From Candidatus Eiseniibacteriota bacterium (GTDB lineage Bacteria; Eisenbacteria; RBG-16-71-46), in contig CAVSAC010000014.1 in the NCBI GenBank assembly GCA_963725865.1, positions 389,298 to 453,297 of the forward strand: a DNA stretch of 64,000 bases, in the 5' to 3' direction. The notes under the pieces are model-generated. The model was not told the origin of the DNA. It made no database searches and was given only the letters and a program-made list of their open reading frames with translations. Made by a program: the position numbers and the translations under genes. Shown here one piece after another: positions 1 to 9,125 of this stretch. How positions within the stretch are numbered: position 1 is the first letter of the stretch; each line of letters starts with the position of its first letter.

Positions 1-3000
1 GTTCGTGTAGGTGCAGCCGTTGCGAACGCCGTAGATATCGCCCGTGGGGGAGATATCGGTGCTGACCTTCAGATCCGACCACTGCTCGAAGTTCGCCGCC
101 AGCGACCGATACGACTGGAAGTAGAAATCGAATCCCAGGTAGTCGGTCATGAACGCTTCCTGCTCGAGGCTCGTGTTCCAAGCGGACTCCGCGAAGCCGT
201 CGCCCTGGATCATGATGCCGCGCGGTGCACCCAGCGTGGCACCCAGCAGCCAGTTCTGAAGCAGCGTCACGTCATCCTGCGAGCGATCGTCGAACGGACC
301 GATCACACCCGAGTTCAGGTCACCCGAGAGGATGATGAGGACCTTGTAGTACGCGTCCAGCATCTCGGGCGTCGGAGCCATACGAGCGTACTTGTTGTGC
401 ACGAGGTTCGTCGGCGACGGGTCGGTGTAAGCGAGACGGCCGCCCAGGGCGCCCGCGCTCGTGGTCAGCGACTCCGAAGCCTTCACGCCGTACATGTCCC
501 ACGTGCTGCCGGGCTGGCCACCATGTGAGGAGACGTAGTAGGCCGGCGTGTTCAGGCTGACGCCCGCGGGCACGCCACCCCAACCGTTGTGAGCGCCACG
601 ACGAGTCGCCGCGGTCGCGCCGATCGAGTCGGCCACCGAGACAAACACGCGCTCGTCACCACGACGGTCATTGAGGTCGACGTACAGGGCGCACGCCATC
701 GTCGAACCAGGCGTGAAGTTTGCGTCCTTCCAACGATCCGGAAGAACACCGAACTGCTGCCACCGGTGGGCGTCGAAGCTCGGGCCCTCCGAGGACTGCG
801 GGAACACGGTGTTGGTATCCGGGCACATATCGAACACGGCAGGATTGGCGACCGTGCGCTTCGTGAAGAAGTACTCCACGTGAGCGCCAGGCGTCAGCAG
901 ACCGTCAGGAAGGATCTGCGTGGCCTCGACCGAGTTCGCATTGCCGTCGTACCCCGCGCGCGCCGCGAGAGGCGCGTTCAGCAGCCACGCCGGCACGGTG
1001 CTGCAGGTGACGTTCGCCGCGGTGGTGCCACCGAGCGTGTCGACGATGAAGCACTTGTGCTTCGAGATACCCAGAGTCGTGTAGTGAGCATCTGACTCGT
1101 GGAAGCTCGACATCCAGACGTTGGCATCCAGCTTGTCGTTGGTGCCGACATCGCCGAAGCCACGCGCCGCGACCGGGAACAGCCCGACCTGAGCGGTGTC
1201 GCAGCGAGCGCTACGCCACACGTTCGGGTTCCAGCCACCCGGCCAGCCCGCGTCGAGAGCCGCAGAACCAGGGGTCGCGAACTCGCCCGGGGTGGAGATG
1301 AACTGACCCCAGAACGAACCGGCACCCGCCGCCGCCGTGCTGGTCGGAACGGCACGCAGCCCGCTCGTCGGCACGCCGATGGTGATGTAGTTGCCGACGC
1401 CCGGCTTGATGCGGAAGACCATGTCCAAACGGATCGGCTCCGTCGGGCTGTCCGCCGCATTGATGACGACCGAGTCACCAGGAACGTCGTAACGGAATGC
1501 GTCACCAGTGGTCTGCGCGATGTTGAATCCCGTACGAAGGAGGGCCGAGGTCGTGTCGAAATTCGCCGTACCCGGCAGACCCGCGGTCTCATTGAACGGG
1601 AACGCATCGTTGATCCAGTTCCAGATGTCCACCGACATGGCCTGCGGCGTTCCGTCGATGATCGCGAACGACGTGTTGTCCATGTAGGCGCCGTCCGTCG
1701 GCGAGCAGCCCGTCGTGACGCCGAAGCGGTAGCACTGCTGGAGCTTGCGAAGGCTGATGCGGATCGAGTCCGGACGCGCCAGGCCCGAGCCGTTCGCCGA
1801 CAGGATCTGGCCCTGCGAGCCCAGGTCCTCGAGCGACGAATAGCACTGCACCAGCGGATTGAAATAGAGGAACTGCGGCAGCCGCTGCTCGCCCCAGTTG
1901 GGCGTGCCGGGTGCCGGGCCACCCGCCACCTGCAACGCAGGATAGGTCTGGCAGGTGAACTGCCAGGCATTGCCCTGGTTGAAGATGTCGAAGATGCCCA
2001 TGTAGAACTCGTACTGCATGTGGTAGCCCTGCGTCGGGGTCGCCTGCTCCAGCGTGAGGCCGAAGCTGTTCGGCACACCCGAGGCCGCCACGAGTCCGAT
2101 GGTCGGCGACACGATGCCCCAGTTACCTTCCTCTTCGGTGGTACCCGGGAGTCCGCCGGCAGCCTCGCCAGCGTCGTGGTCGCCCATCGAAACCACACCA
2201 CCGCGCATGTCGCAGATGCGGTAGATGCTGTTGATGTCACCGCAGACATCGTTCCAAGCCAGCGTGTTCAGATCGTGCTGGTGGAAGTAGATGGCCGGCG
2301 GCTTGCCCGTCGAATGCCACGCCGCGGAGGCCGCCACCGAGTTGTCGATGGAGCCTGCTAGCCTCGAAGTCTCCGATCGAGACCGGGCCAGCGCCCAGGT
2401 CGATCGTGACATCGTCCACCTGCGCAGCGCCCCTGCCCTGCGAGGTGAAGGTCGCCGGACCCGATTCATCCGAGCTGCCGGCGTTGGTGTGGACACGGAA
2501 CACGACACGCAGCGTGTTGTTGCCGCCGGCCTTGAGGGCCGCGACATTCGCCGCGCTGATCGTGATGCTCTGGGTCGAAGCGGCGTTGGAGCCCGCGGCG
2601 CCATACACCCACAGGCGCTGACCCTTCGTGAGGACTTCATTGAACCAGCGGCGCAGCGGATCGTAGATCGTGCGCGAGACATTGTCCGACGCGACGAACG
2701 TACCTTCCACCGGCTTGCCCACGTAGACCTGGAACGAGTCGATCGGGGCCTCCGCGTTCGCGGGGGTGCCGGCTTCCGCCGAGACGAAGTTGCCCGGGGT
2801 GATCGCGTTCACGGTCAGCGGGTCACCCTCGAACCAACCCGTGCGGGACGCCGGGGTGGTCCCCTTCAGCGTCGACATCTCGGTCGCGTACTTGAAGCCC
2901 AGCGTGATCGCACCGGCCGCCGACGTGATGTCGACGTCGCGGTACAGCATCTGATCCATCTGCGCGCCGTAGCCCGGGAACGTCTTGCTGGTGCCCGTCC

Positions 3001-3676
3001 CGATACCACCGGAGCCGTTGAAGATCAGAGCGTCCACGTTGAACGGATTGCCCGTGATCGCATCGGACACGGTCAGGTCGTTGTGCTGACGCAGACCCAT
3101 CCACGCGGAGAACGAGCCGCCCAGCGGCGCCCAGTTGACGCCGGTGCCACCCGTGCCCTGAGGTCCAGGGACGGTGTTGCCCGGGTCACGGTGCCACACG
3201 CCGACCACACCGAAGGTGCGCTTGAAGCCAGCACCCTGGTTGATCACGTAGTTGGCCTGGTTACCGTTCTCGATGGCCCACCACGGACGATTCTCGTCCG
3301 TACGGACGGCGCCCGAGGCGTTGGTGTGAGGGAAACGTACCGGCCACCAGCCCTGAAGGCTGTCGCCGTGAATCGGGTTATCCCACTCCCAGTTGCCGGT
3401 GGTGAACGGCGTGGGACGGTTGGGACCGGGACCGACTTGCCAGTAGTTGGTGACACCCGCGGCCGTGCTGAAACCGACCCACGTGGTATCGCCGACACCG
3501 GCGGTTCCGGAGACGCCCTGCCGGGCCGCTGCGCTGCGCGCCTGGATCTGGAGCTGGGCATTGTTCAGCTTGAGGCCGAACTGATCCCCACCTTCCATTT
3601 CCGCCGCGAACGCCGCCGTCGCCAAGCAAGTCGCCGCTCCCGCGAGGAGAAGCAGCGCGACGAACGACTTCCTCAT
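1..3676 (-). CDS. Very large secreted protein (>1220 aa, 3' end beyond window), N-terminal signal peptide. Reading frame breaks near 2345-2360, so it is either a frameshifted pseudogene or a sequencing error.
   Basis: ORF 2237..3709 begins MRKSFVALLLLAGAATCLATAAFA (Sec signal) with a GGAGG RBS upstream of ATG 3676. Its last ~40 codons look non-coding. A +1-shifted frame continues as clean high-GC3 protein-like sequence from ~2350 to nt 1 with no stop. I translated this myself (...GSIDNSVAASAAWHSTGKPPAIYFHQHDLNTLAWNDVCGD...GVRNGCTYTN). It is absent from the ORF track only because it runs off the window edge. Confidence 0.6.
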
Positions 3677-4020
3677 GTGACTACCTCCATCGTCGCAATG
3701 CATGGGCAATGCGAAGTCTTCCGAAGTACGGATTGCGAGCGAGGTGTCTCAGAAAACAAAGCCGCCGACGGGTCTCGAATGAATCTCATGCGAGAACTCC
3801 CTCGGCAGTCTGCTGCACGAGTACCGATCCCCCCTTTCCGCTGTCGCGCTCGGACCCTTAGGCAGTTCGGGCCGCACGCGACACTGTGATTGCGCGTGAA
3901 CTCGTACGGAGTCGACATGAAGCGGCACGCCGCTGCCAGCGCATCGGACCATGACGACCGCGGAACTCGAGGTGCATCTGGGGGTTTTCAAGACGCACCA
4001 ACTACCCCAGCACGAGTCAG

Positions 4021-4052
4021 AGGCTAGGCCCCCTGACAGGGTTCTGTCAATC
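4021..4052 (-). promoter_or_regulatory. Candidate sigma70-like promoter (minus-strand TTGACA, 18 nt spacer, TAGCCT) embedded in a TGACAG-N4-CTGTCA palindrome, ~350 nt upstream of the giant secreted gene
   Basis: A 6-bp-arm palindrome (CTGACAGggttCTGTCAA) overlaps the -35-like hexamer. It sits in the only lower-GC intergenic stretch (3700-4088). Confidence 0.2.
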
Positions 4053-4087
4053 CGTTTTTTTGCTGGGACTTGGCAGGATAGCCCGGT

Positions 4088-5395
4088 TCATGTCGAGAGT
4101 CTGACACGCCGCGCCGCGATCGAGTCCAGCCACTGTGGGTCCTGGCTCGCCACCATCACCGGCGTCGTGAGCGAATGGCGCAGAATCGCGGCGGCAGCGG
4201 CGGCCCGCCGTGAGCGGTCGAGCCCGGCGGTCGGCTCGTCCAGCAGCAGCAGTCCGGCCGGCGCCGTGAGGGCCCCGACCAGCTGGACCACCCGCTTCTC
4301 GCCGCCCGAGAGCCCCCACACGCGCCGCCCCTCGAGGGCGCCGCAGCCGAGCTCCTCCAGCAGGGCAACGGCTGTATCGACCGCAGCTTGGCGCTTCGCT
4401 CCTCGCTGGACGGCGGCCCACGTCACTTCGGCCAGAACCTGCTCTTCGAAGATCTCGTGTTCCGGGTACTGGGTCGCGAGCAGCGGTGGATCCTCGAGGG
4501 TTCGCCGCCAGTCCACCCGCACCTGAGGCAGCTCGATCGCACCGGCGATCGCGGCGAGCAGGACGCTCTTGCCGGCGCCATTGGGCCCCTCGAGGGCGGT
4601 CACGCCGGCGGCGGCCACCTCGATCGAGAGCGGAGCGGCGACGGGCACCCGCGGACCGTGGCAGGACGGCGGCGGGGCAACCTCGACGACGACGAGCGCG
4701 GGTTGGACACCCGGAGGCCCGGACTCGGCCCGGAAGGCCGGGTGGCTCACCCCATCGAGTTCGCCGATGATGAGTTCGCGATGCGCCGCCGCGCGCTCCT
4801 GTGGGTCCTGGGTCACCCAGACCAGCGCGAGTCCCTCGGCCACTTCCTGACGCAGGACCTCGAGCACCCGACCGCGGGTTGCGGCGTCGAGATGCGCCCC
4901 CGCCTCGTCGGCGATCAACAGCCGCGGCCGCGCCGCGAGCGCCGCAGCGAGGAGCACCAACTGTTGCCGGCCGGCGGAGAGTTCGCGCGGGTCGCGTTCC
5001 AGGTCCGCCGTGAGGTCCAACTGCTCCGACAGTCGCGCGATCTCCCGCGCGACCTCGCCGGGCGCGCGTCCGAGATTGCGCGGCGCCATTGCGAGTTCCG
5101 CGGCGACCGTCGACTGGAGGAGCTGGATCCCCGGGTCCTGCATCACCACCGCGACCGCCGCGCGCGCCGCGGCGGGCGCCCCCGGCTGCAACGGTCGCCC
5201 CTCGAACTCCACGACGCCGCGCTGCGCGGGCCACAGTCCGCCCAGCACCATCGCCAGCGTGGTCTTGCCACCCCCGTTGGGCCCGTGGAGCGCGATCCAC
5301 TCGCCGGCGCCCACCTCTAGAGAGACGCCCCGGACCGCGGGGTCCGGGGCTCCGGGCGGCGCGGCCCACACGTCGCGGGCACTCAGGCCACTCAC
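4088..5395 (-). CDS. Fused tandem ABC ATPase of ECF-transporter type (EcfA-EcfA'/CbiO-like), two nucleotide-binding domains in one polypeptide
   Basis: Two Walker A motifs (GPNGGGKTT, GPNGAGKS), two signature motifs (LSAGRQQ, LSGGEKR) and a Q-loop QYPEHEIF. GTG start overlaps the larC stop (GTGA). Confidence 0.75.
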   Translation of the reverse strand: MSGLSARDVWAAPPGAPDPAVRGVSLEVGAGEWIALHGPNGGGKTTLAMVLGGLWPAQRGVVEFEGRPLQPGAPAAARAAVAVVMQDPGIQLLQSTVAAELAMAPRNLGRAPGEVAREIARLSEQLDLTADLERDPRELSAGRQQLVLLAAALAARPRLLIADEAGAHLDAATRGRVLEVLRQEVAEGLALVWVTQDPQERAAAHRELIIGELDGVSHPAFRAESGPPGVQPALVVVEVAPPPSCHGPRVPVAAPLSIEVAAAGVTALEGPNGAGKSVLLAAIAGAIELPQVRVDWRRTLEDPPLLATQYPEHEIFEEQVLAEVTWAAVQRGAKRQAAVDTAVALLEELGCGALEGRRVWGLSGGEKRVVQLVGALTAPAGLLLLDEPTAGLDRSRRAAAAAAILRHSLTTPVMVASQDPQWLDSIAARRVRLST

Positions 5396-6573
5396 GCGTC
5401 CTGGCCCTCCGAGCGCCAGGCCGCGAGCGCCGCTTCGGCCACCTCGCGCCACGGACGCCCCGCGCGCTCGGCCGCCGCGCGTACCGATTCGAACTCCGGT
5501 ACCGCTCGCTCACTCCCGTCGGGCAGCGTCGCGATCTTCAGCGCCACCGCGCCGAAGGCCGTCGCGACCTCCGCGGCGCGCCGCGGCAGCTCCACGCGCT
5601 CCTCGTGACGCATGCGCACGCCGAGCGTGCCGGTTTCGGTGAGCAACCGGCGGGCGAGTGCCTCGGCCTGGTGTGGCTCGGCGATCACCACCAGCCACAG
5701 ACCGGGGCGGCCCTTCTTCATCACTGTGGGCACCACCATCGCGTCGAGCGCGCCCTCCGCGAGCAGCCGTGGGATCAGCGCGCCCACCACCTGTGGATTC
5801 TCGTCGTCGAGCGAGGTTTCGAGCACCGTGACCGCGCGCCGCTCGAGCCCTGCGTCTCCGGTGTTGCCGATGAGGATGCGCAGCACGTTCGGCTGTTCCG
5901 CCAGCTCGCGCCCGCCGGCACCCAGTCCGACGCGCTCGAGCGTGTACGTGGGCGGTGGGCCCCACGTGTGCACCAGCGTGGCGAGCAGCGCGGCGCCGGT
6001 CGGCGTGACCAGTTCGGCGCGCACGTCGGTGGGCGCGATCGGGATTCCCTGCACCAGCAGCGCGGTCGCCGGTGCCGGCACCGGCATGCGGCCGTGCTCG
6101 CACTCCACGGTGCCGTTGCCGAGCGGCAACGACGAGGCGAACACGCGCTGGACACCGAGCGCCTCCAGGCCGAGCACGGTACCCACCACGTCCACGATGG
6201 CGTCCACGGCGCCGACCTCGTGGAAGTGCACCTGCTCGACGGTCGTGCCGTGCACGGTGGCCTCCGCCTCGGCCAGGCGGCGGAACACCGCGCGGGCCCG
6301 CGCGCGCACCGTCTCCGGCAGGTCGCCGGCGTCGATCATCGCCTCGATGTGCCGCAGATGACGGTGCGGCTGACCGCCCGCGGCATTCACCTCGACCCGC
6401 GTGGCCTCGAGCGCGCCGCGTCGCGCGCGACCCACGGTGACCGTGGCGCCTGCGAGCTTCAGGCGCGCCGGCAGCGCCACGAGCTCCGCGGCCGGCCAGC
6501 CCGCCGCGACCAGGGCCGCGAGGCACATGTCCCCGCTCACCCCGGAGAAGCAGTCGAAGTACGCGATCCGCAT
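5392..6573 (-). CDS. larC: Nickel-pincer nucleotide cofactor nickel-insertion protein LarC (DUF111 family)
   Basis: Hallmark N-terminus MRIAYFDCFSGVSGDM. Full length 393 aa with the expected C-terminal domain. Confidence 0.8.
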   Translation of the reverse strand: MRIAYFDCFSGVSGDMCLAALVAAGWPAAELVALPARLKLAGATVTVGRARRGALEATRVEVNAAGGQPHRHLRHIEAMIDAGDLPETVRARARAVFRRLAEAEATVHGTTVEQVHFHEVGAVDAIVDVVGTVLGLEALGVQRVFASSLPLGNGTVECEHGRMPVPAPATALLVQGIPIAPTDVRAELVTPTGAALLATLVHTWGPPPTYTLERVGLGAGGRELAEQPNVLRILIGNTGDAGLERRAVTVLETSLDDENPQVVGALIPRLLAEGALDAMVVPTVMKKGRPGLWLVVIAEPHQAEALARRLLTETGTLGVRMRHEERVELPRRAAEVATAFGAVALKIATLPDGSERAVPEFESVRAAAERAGRPWREVAEAALAAWRSEGQDA

Positions 6574-6607
6574 GTCGTCCCCCAGGCCGCCGCGTCGTCG
6601 CCGCGCG

Positions 6608-7393
6608 TCAGCCGCGCGCGCGTCGGCCCCCGGCGACCGCGCGCCGGACGTTCGCGGTGTTCACCAGATGGGCGGCGTAGCCGGCCCCGAATCCGTTGTC
6701 GATGTTCACCACGGTCACGCCGGCCGCGCACGAATTGAGCATCGCGAGCAACGGCGCGAGGCCGTGGAAGTGCGCGCCGTAGCCGACGCTGGTCGGCACC
6801 GCGATCAGCGGCCGGTCGGTGAGTCCGCCCACCACGCTCGCGAGCGCGCCCTCGAGTCCCGCCACCACCACCAGCACGCGGGCGCCGCGCAGCTTCTCGC
6901 GATGCGCGAGCAGCCGGTGGAGCCCCGCCACCCCGACGTCGGCGACCAGTTCCGCGCGACTGCCCAGGGTGCGCGCGGTCACGAGCGCCTCCTCGGCGAC
7001 CGGCAGGTCCGCGGTTCCCGCGCACAGCACCACCACGCGGCCGATCGCACGGCCCGCGCGCCGGCGCACCACGACGGCGCGCGCGCGCCCCCACACCTCG
7101 GCGCGCGGGAACGCCGCGCGCAACCGTGCCTGGGCGTCCTCGCTCGCGCGCGTCACCAGCACCACGCCATGGCGCGCATACAAGCGCTGCACGATGGCCA
7201 CGATCTGCGCCGGCGCCTTCCCCTGGCCGAACACCACTTCGGGGAAGCCGGTGCGCAGCGCGCGCTGGTGGTCGAGGGTCGCGAACTCGAGCTGCTCGAA
7301 CGGCGCCTCGCCGATGGCCTGGGCCGCCGCGCCGACCGAGACGGCCCCACGCCGCACGCGGCCGAGCAGGCGCTTCAGGTCATCCGGTCGCAC
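6608..7393 (-). CDS. larB: LarB, PurE-like pyridinium-3,5-biscarboxylic acid mononucleotide synthase
   Basis: PurE/AIR-carboxylase-like core (VVVLCAGTADLPVAEE...VVVAGLEGALASVVGGL...IAVPTSVGYG) with the N-terminal extension typical of LarB. GTG start overlaps the dus stop. Confidence 0.7.
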   Translation of the reverse strand: MRPDDLKRLLGRVRRGAVSVGAAAQAIGEAPFEQLEFATLDHQRALRTGFPEVVFGQGKAPAQIVAIVQRLYARHGVVLVTRASEDAQARLRAAFPRAEVWGRARAVVVRRRAGRAIGRVVVLCAGTADLPVAEEALVTARTLGSRAELVADVGVAGLHRLLAHREKLRGARVLVVVAGLEGALASVVGGLTDRPLIAVPTSVGYGAHFHGLAPLLAMLNSCAAGVTVVNIDNGFGAGYAAHLVNTANVRRAVAGGRRARG

Positions 7394-8423
7394 GCGCGTC
7401 CTCCAGGTCGCGGGGCGGGTCCGCCGCCGCGAGCCCGCCGCGCTCCAGTTCGGCCAGGTAGCCGCGCAGCAGAGCGACCATCTCCTCGACCGAGCGGGTG
7501 TGGTTGACCTGCTCGCGCACGCGCGCGCTGTGCGGCAGGCCCTTGATGTACCACGCGACGTGCTTGCGCATCTCGCGCGCGGCCGACTCCGGACCCACCG
7601 CTTCGACGAGCATCCCGAGGTGGCGCACCCCGGCTTCGAGGCGCGCGGCCGCGGTCGGCGGCGCCAGCACCTCGCCGCGCTCGTGGAACGCGCGCAGGCG
7701 CCGGAACACCCACGGGTCACCGAACGCCGCGCGGCCGAGCATCACGCCGTCGCAGCCGGTGGTGGCGAGCATGCGGAGCGCGTCCTCGGGCCCGCGCACG
7801 TCCCCGTTGCCGATCACCGGGATCCTCACCGCCTGCTTGGCCGCGCCGATCATGTCCCAGTGCGCGTGGCCCTCGAACTTCTCCGAGCGCGTGCGCGCGT
7901 GGATCGCGACCGCCGCGGCCCCCGCGTCCTCGAGCGCGCGGCTCACCTCGACGACGTTCGTCGAGGAGCCGTCCCAGCCGAGCCGGATCTTGGCGGTGAC
8001 GGGCACGGTGGCGACCGCTCGCATCGCGGTGACGATCGCGTGGATGCGCGAGACGTCCTGCAACAGCGCGGCGCCCGCGCAGCGGTTGACCACCTTGCGC
8101 ACCGGGCAGCCCATGTTGATGTCGATGAGGTCCGGCCGGCGCTCCGGCGGCAGGTCGCACAGCACGCGCGTGGCGTCGGCCATCACGGCCGGATCGGAGC
8201 CGAACAGTTGGATGCCGATCGGGCGCTCCTCGGGCGCGAACGCGATGTAGTCGAACGTGGCGCGCTGGCCGCGCACGAGCCCGTCGGAGGACACCATCTC
8301 GGTGTACACCGCGGCCGCGCCCTGCTCGCGTGCGAGCCGCCGGAACGGCGAGTCGCTCACCCCCGCGAGCGGCGCGAGGAGGAAGGGCGATTCGAACTGG
8401 AGGGAGCCGATGCGCAACGACAT
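7380..8423 (-). CDS. dus: tRNA-dihydrouridine synthase
   Basis: MSLRIGSLQFESPFLLAPLAGVSD...DINMGCPVRKV...KIRLGWD. FMN/TIM-barrel Dus signature. Confidence 0.8.
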   Translation of the reverse strand: MSLRIGSLQFESPFLLAPLAGVSDSPFRRLAREQGAAAVYTEMVSSDGLVRGQRATFDYIAFAPEERPIGIQLFGSDPAVMADATRVLCDLPPERRPDLIDINMGCPVRKVVNRCAGAALLQDVSRIHAIVTAMRAVATVPVTAKIRLGWDGSSTNVVEVSRALEDAGAAAVAIHARTRSEKFEGHAHWDMIGAAKQAVRIPVIGNGDVRGPEDALRMLATTGCDGVMLGRAAFGDPWVFRRLRAFHERGEVLAPPTAAARLEAGVRHLGMLVEAVGPESAAREMRKHVAWYIKGLPHSARVREQVNHTRSVEEMVALLRGYLAELERGGLAAADPPRDLEDARATG

Positions 8424-8454
8424 GTGGGGTCCGATGCCCGGGGTCTCGAGCGAT

Positions 8455-9123
8455 TCAGCCGCGCGGGGGCACGCCGGCGGGCCGGCGCCGCGCCCAGTCG
8501 GCGATGTCGGCGAAGGTCTCGAACGGTACCGCGGCCAGTCGTTCGCGGCGGCACCACTCCAGCAGTCCACGATGAGCGAGCACGGTCTCGGCGGCGCGGG
8601 CACCGCAGCGGTCGGAGAGGCCGTCGCCGACCAGCACCGTGTGGTAGCCGAGCGCGCGGTAGCGACGCACGTGCTGGGCCTTGCAGTTGCCGCATTGTCC
8701 GCAGCCGCCCACCAGATACGGGAACTCCGGCACCGCGCGGCCGCCCTCGAAGCGCAGGCGGTTCGCGGCGTAGGGCAGTTCGCCGAGGCCGGCCCGCTGC
8801 AGTTGATCGCGCACGTAGAGGTCGAACCCCTCGCTCACGACCATCACGGCATCCCCGCGACCGAGCGCCTCGCGCGCGAACGCGGCGAAATGCTCGTCGA
8901 TCCGGAAGCTCCGCGTGAACTCGAGTGCCTCGGCCTCGGCCACCCGCACGTCGGCGCACTGCGCCTCGGTCAGCTCCCGGTGTCCGATGCCGCCCGCGAA
9001 CCAGCGGTCGAGCAGCCGCTGGTGGGCGGCCGAGTCCCCGGTCGAGAACCGCCTCACGAGCGCGGCCCCGATGTCGGACGGCGACACGGTGCCGTCGAAA
9101 TCGCACAGGTACGCGTAGGGCAT
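8455..9123 (-). CDS. HAD-superfamily (subfamily IB, MtnX-like) phosphatase
   Basis: N-terminal HAD motif I CDFDGTV, 222 aa. Tightly packed between the S41 protease and dus. Confidence 0.5.
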   Translation of the reverse strand: MPYAYLCDFDGTVSPSDIGAALVRRFSTGDSAAHQRLLDRWFAGGIGHRELTEAQCADVRVAEAEALEFTRSFRIDEHFAAFAREALGRGDAVMVVSEGFDLYVRDQLQRAGLGELPYAANRLRFEGGRAVPEFPYLVGGCGQCGNCKAQHVRRYRALGYHTVLVGDGLSDRCGARAAETVLAHRGLLEWCRRERLAAVPFETFADIADWARRRPAGVPPRG

Positions 9124-9125
9124 GT

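Noticed and set aside
978-2249. 423-aa minus-strand ORF inside the giant secreted-protein locus
   Set aside because: Ser/Thr/Arg-rich out-of-frame reading of the real gene. The +1 frame gives continuous protein-like sequence to nt 1.
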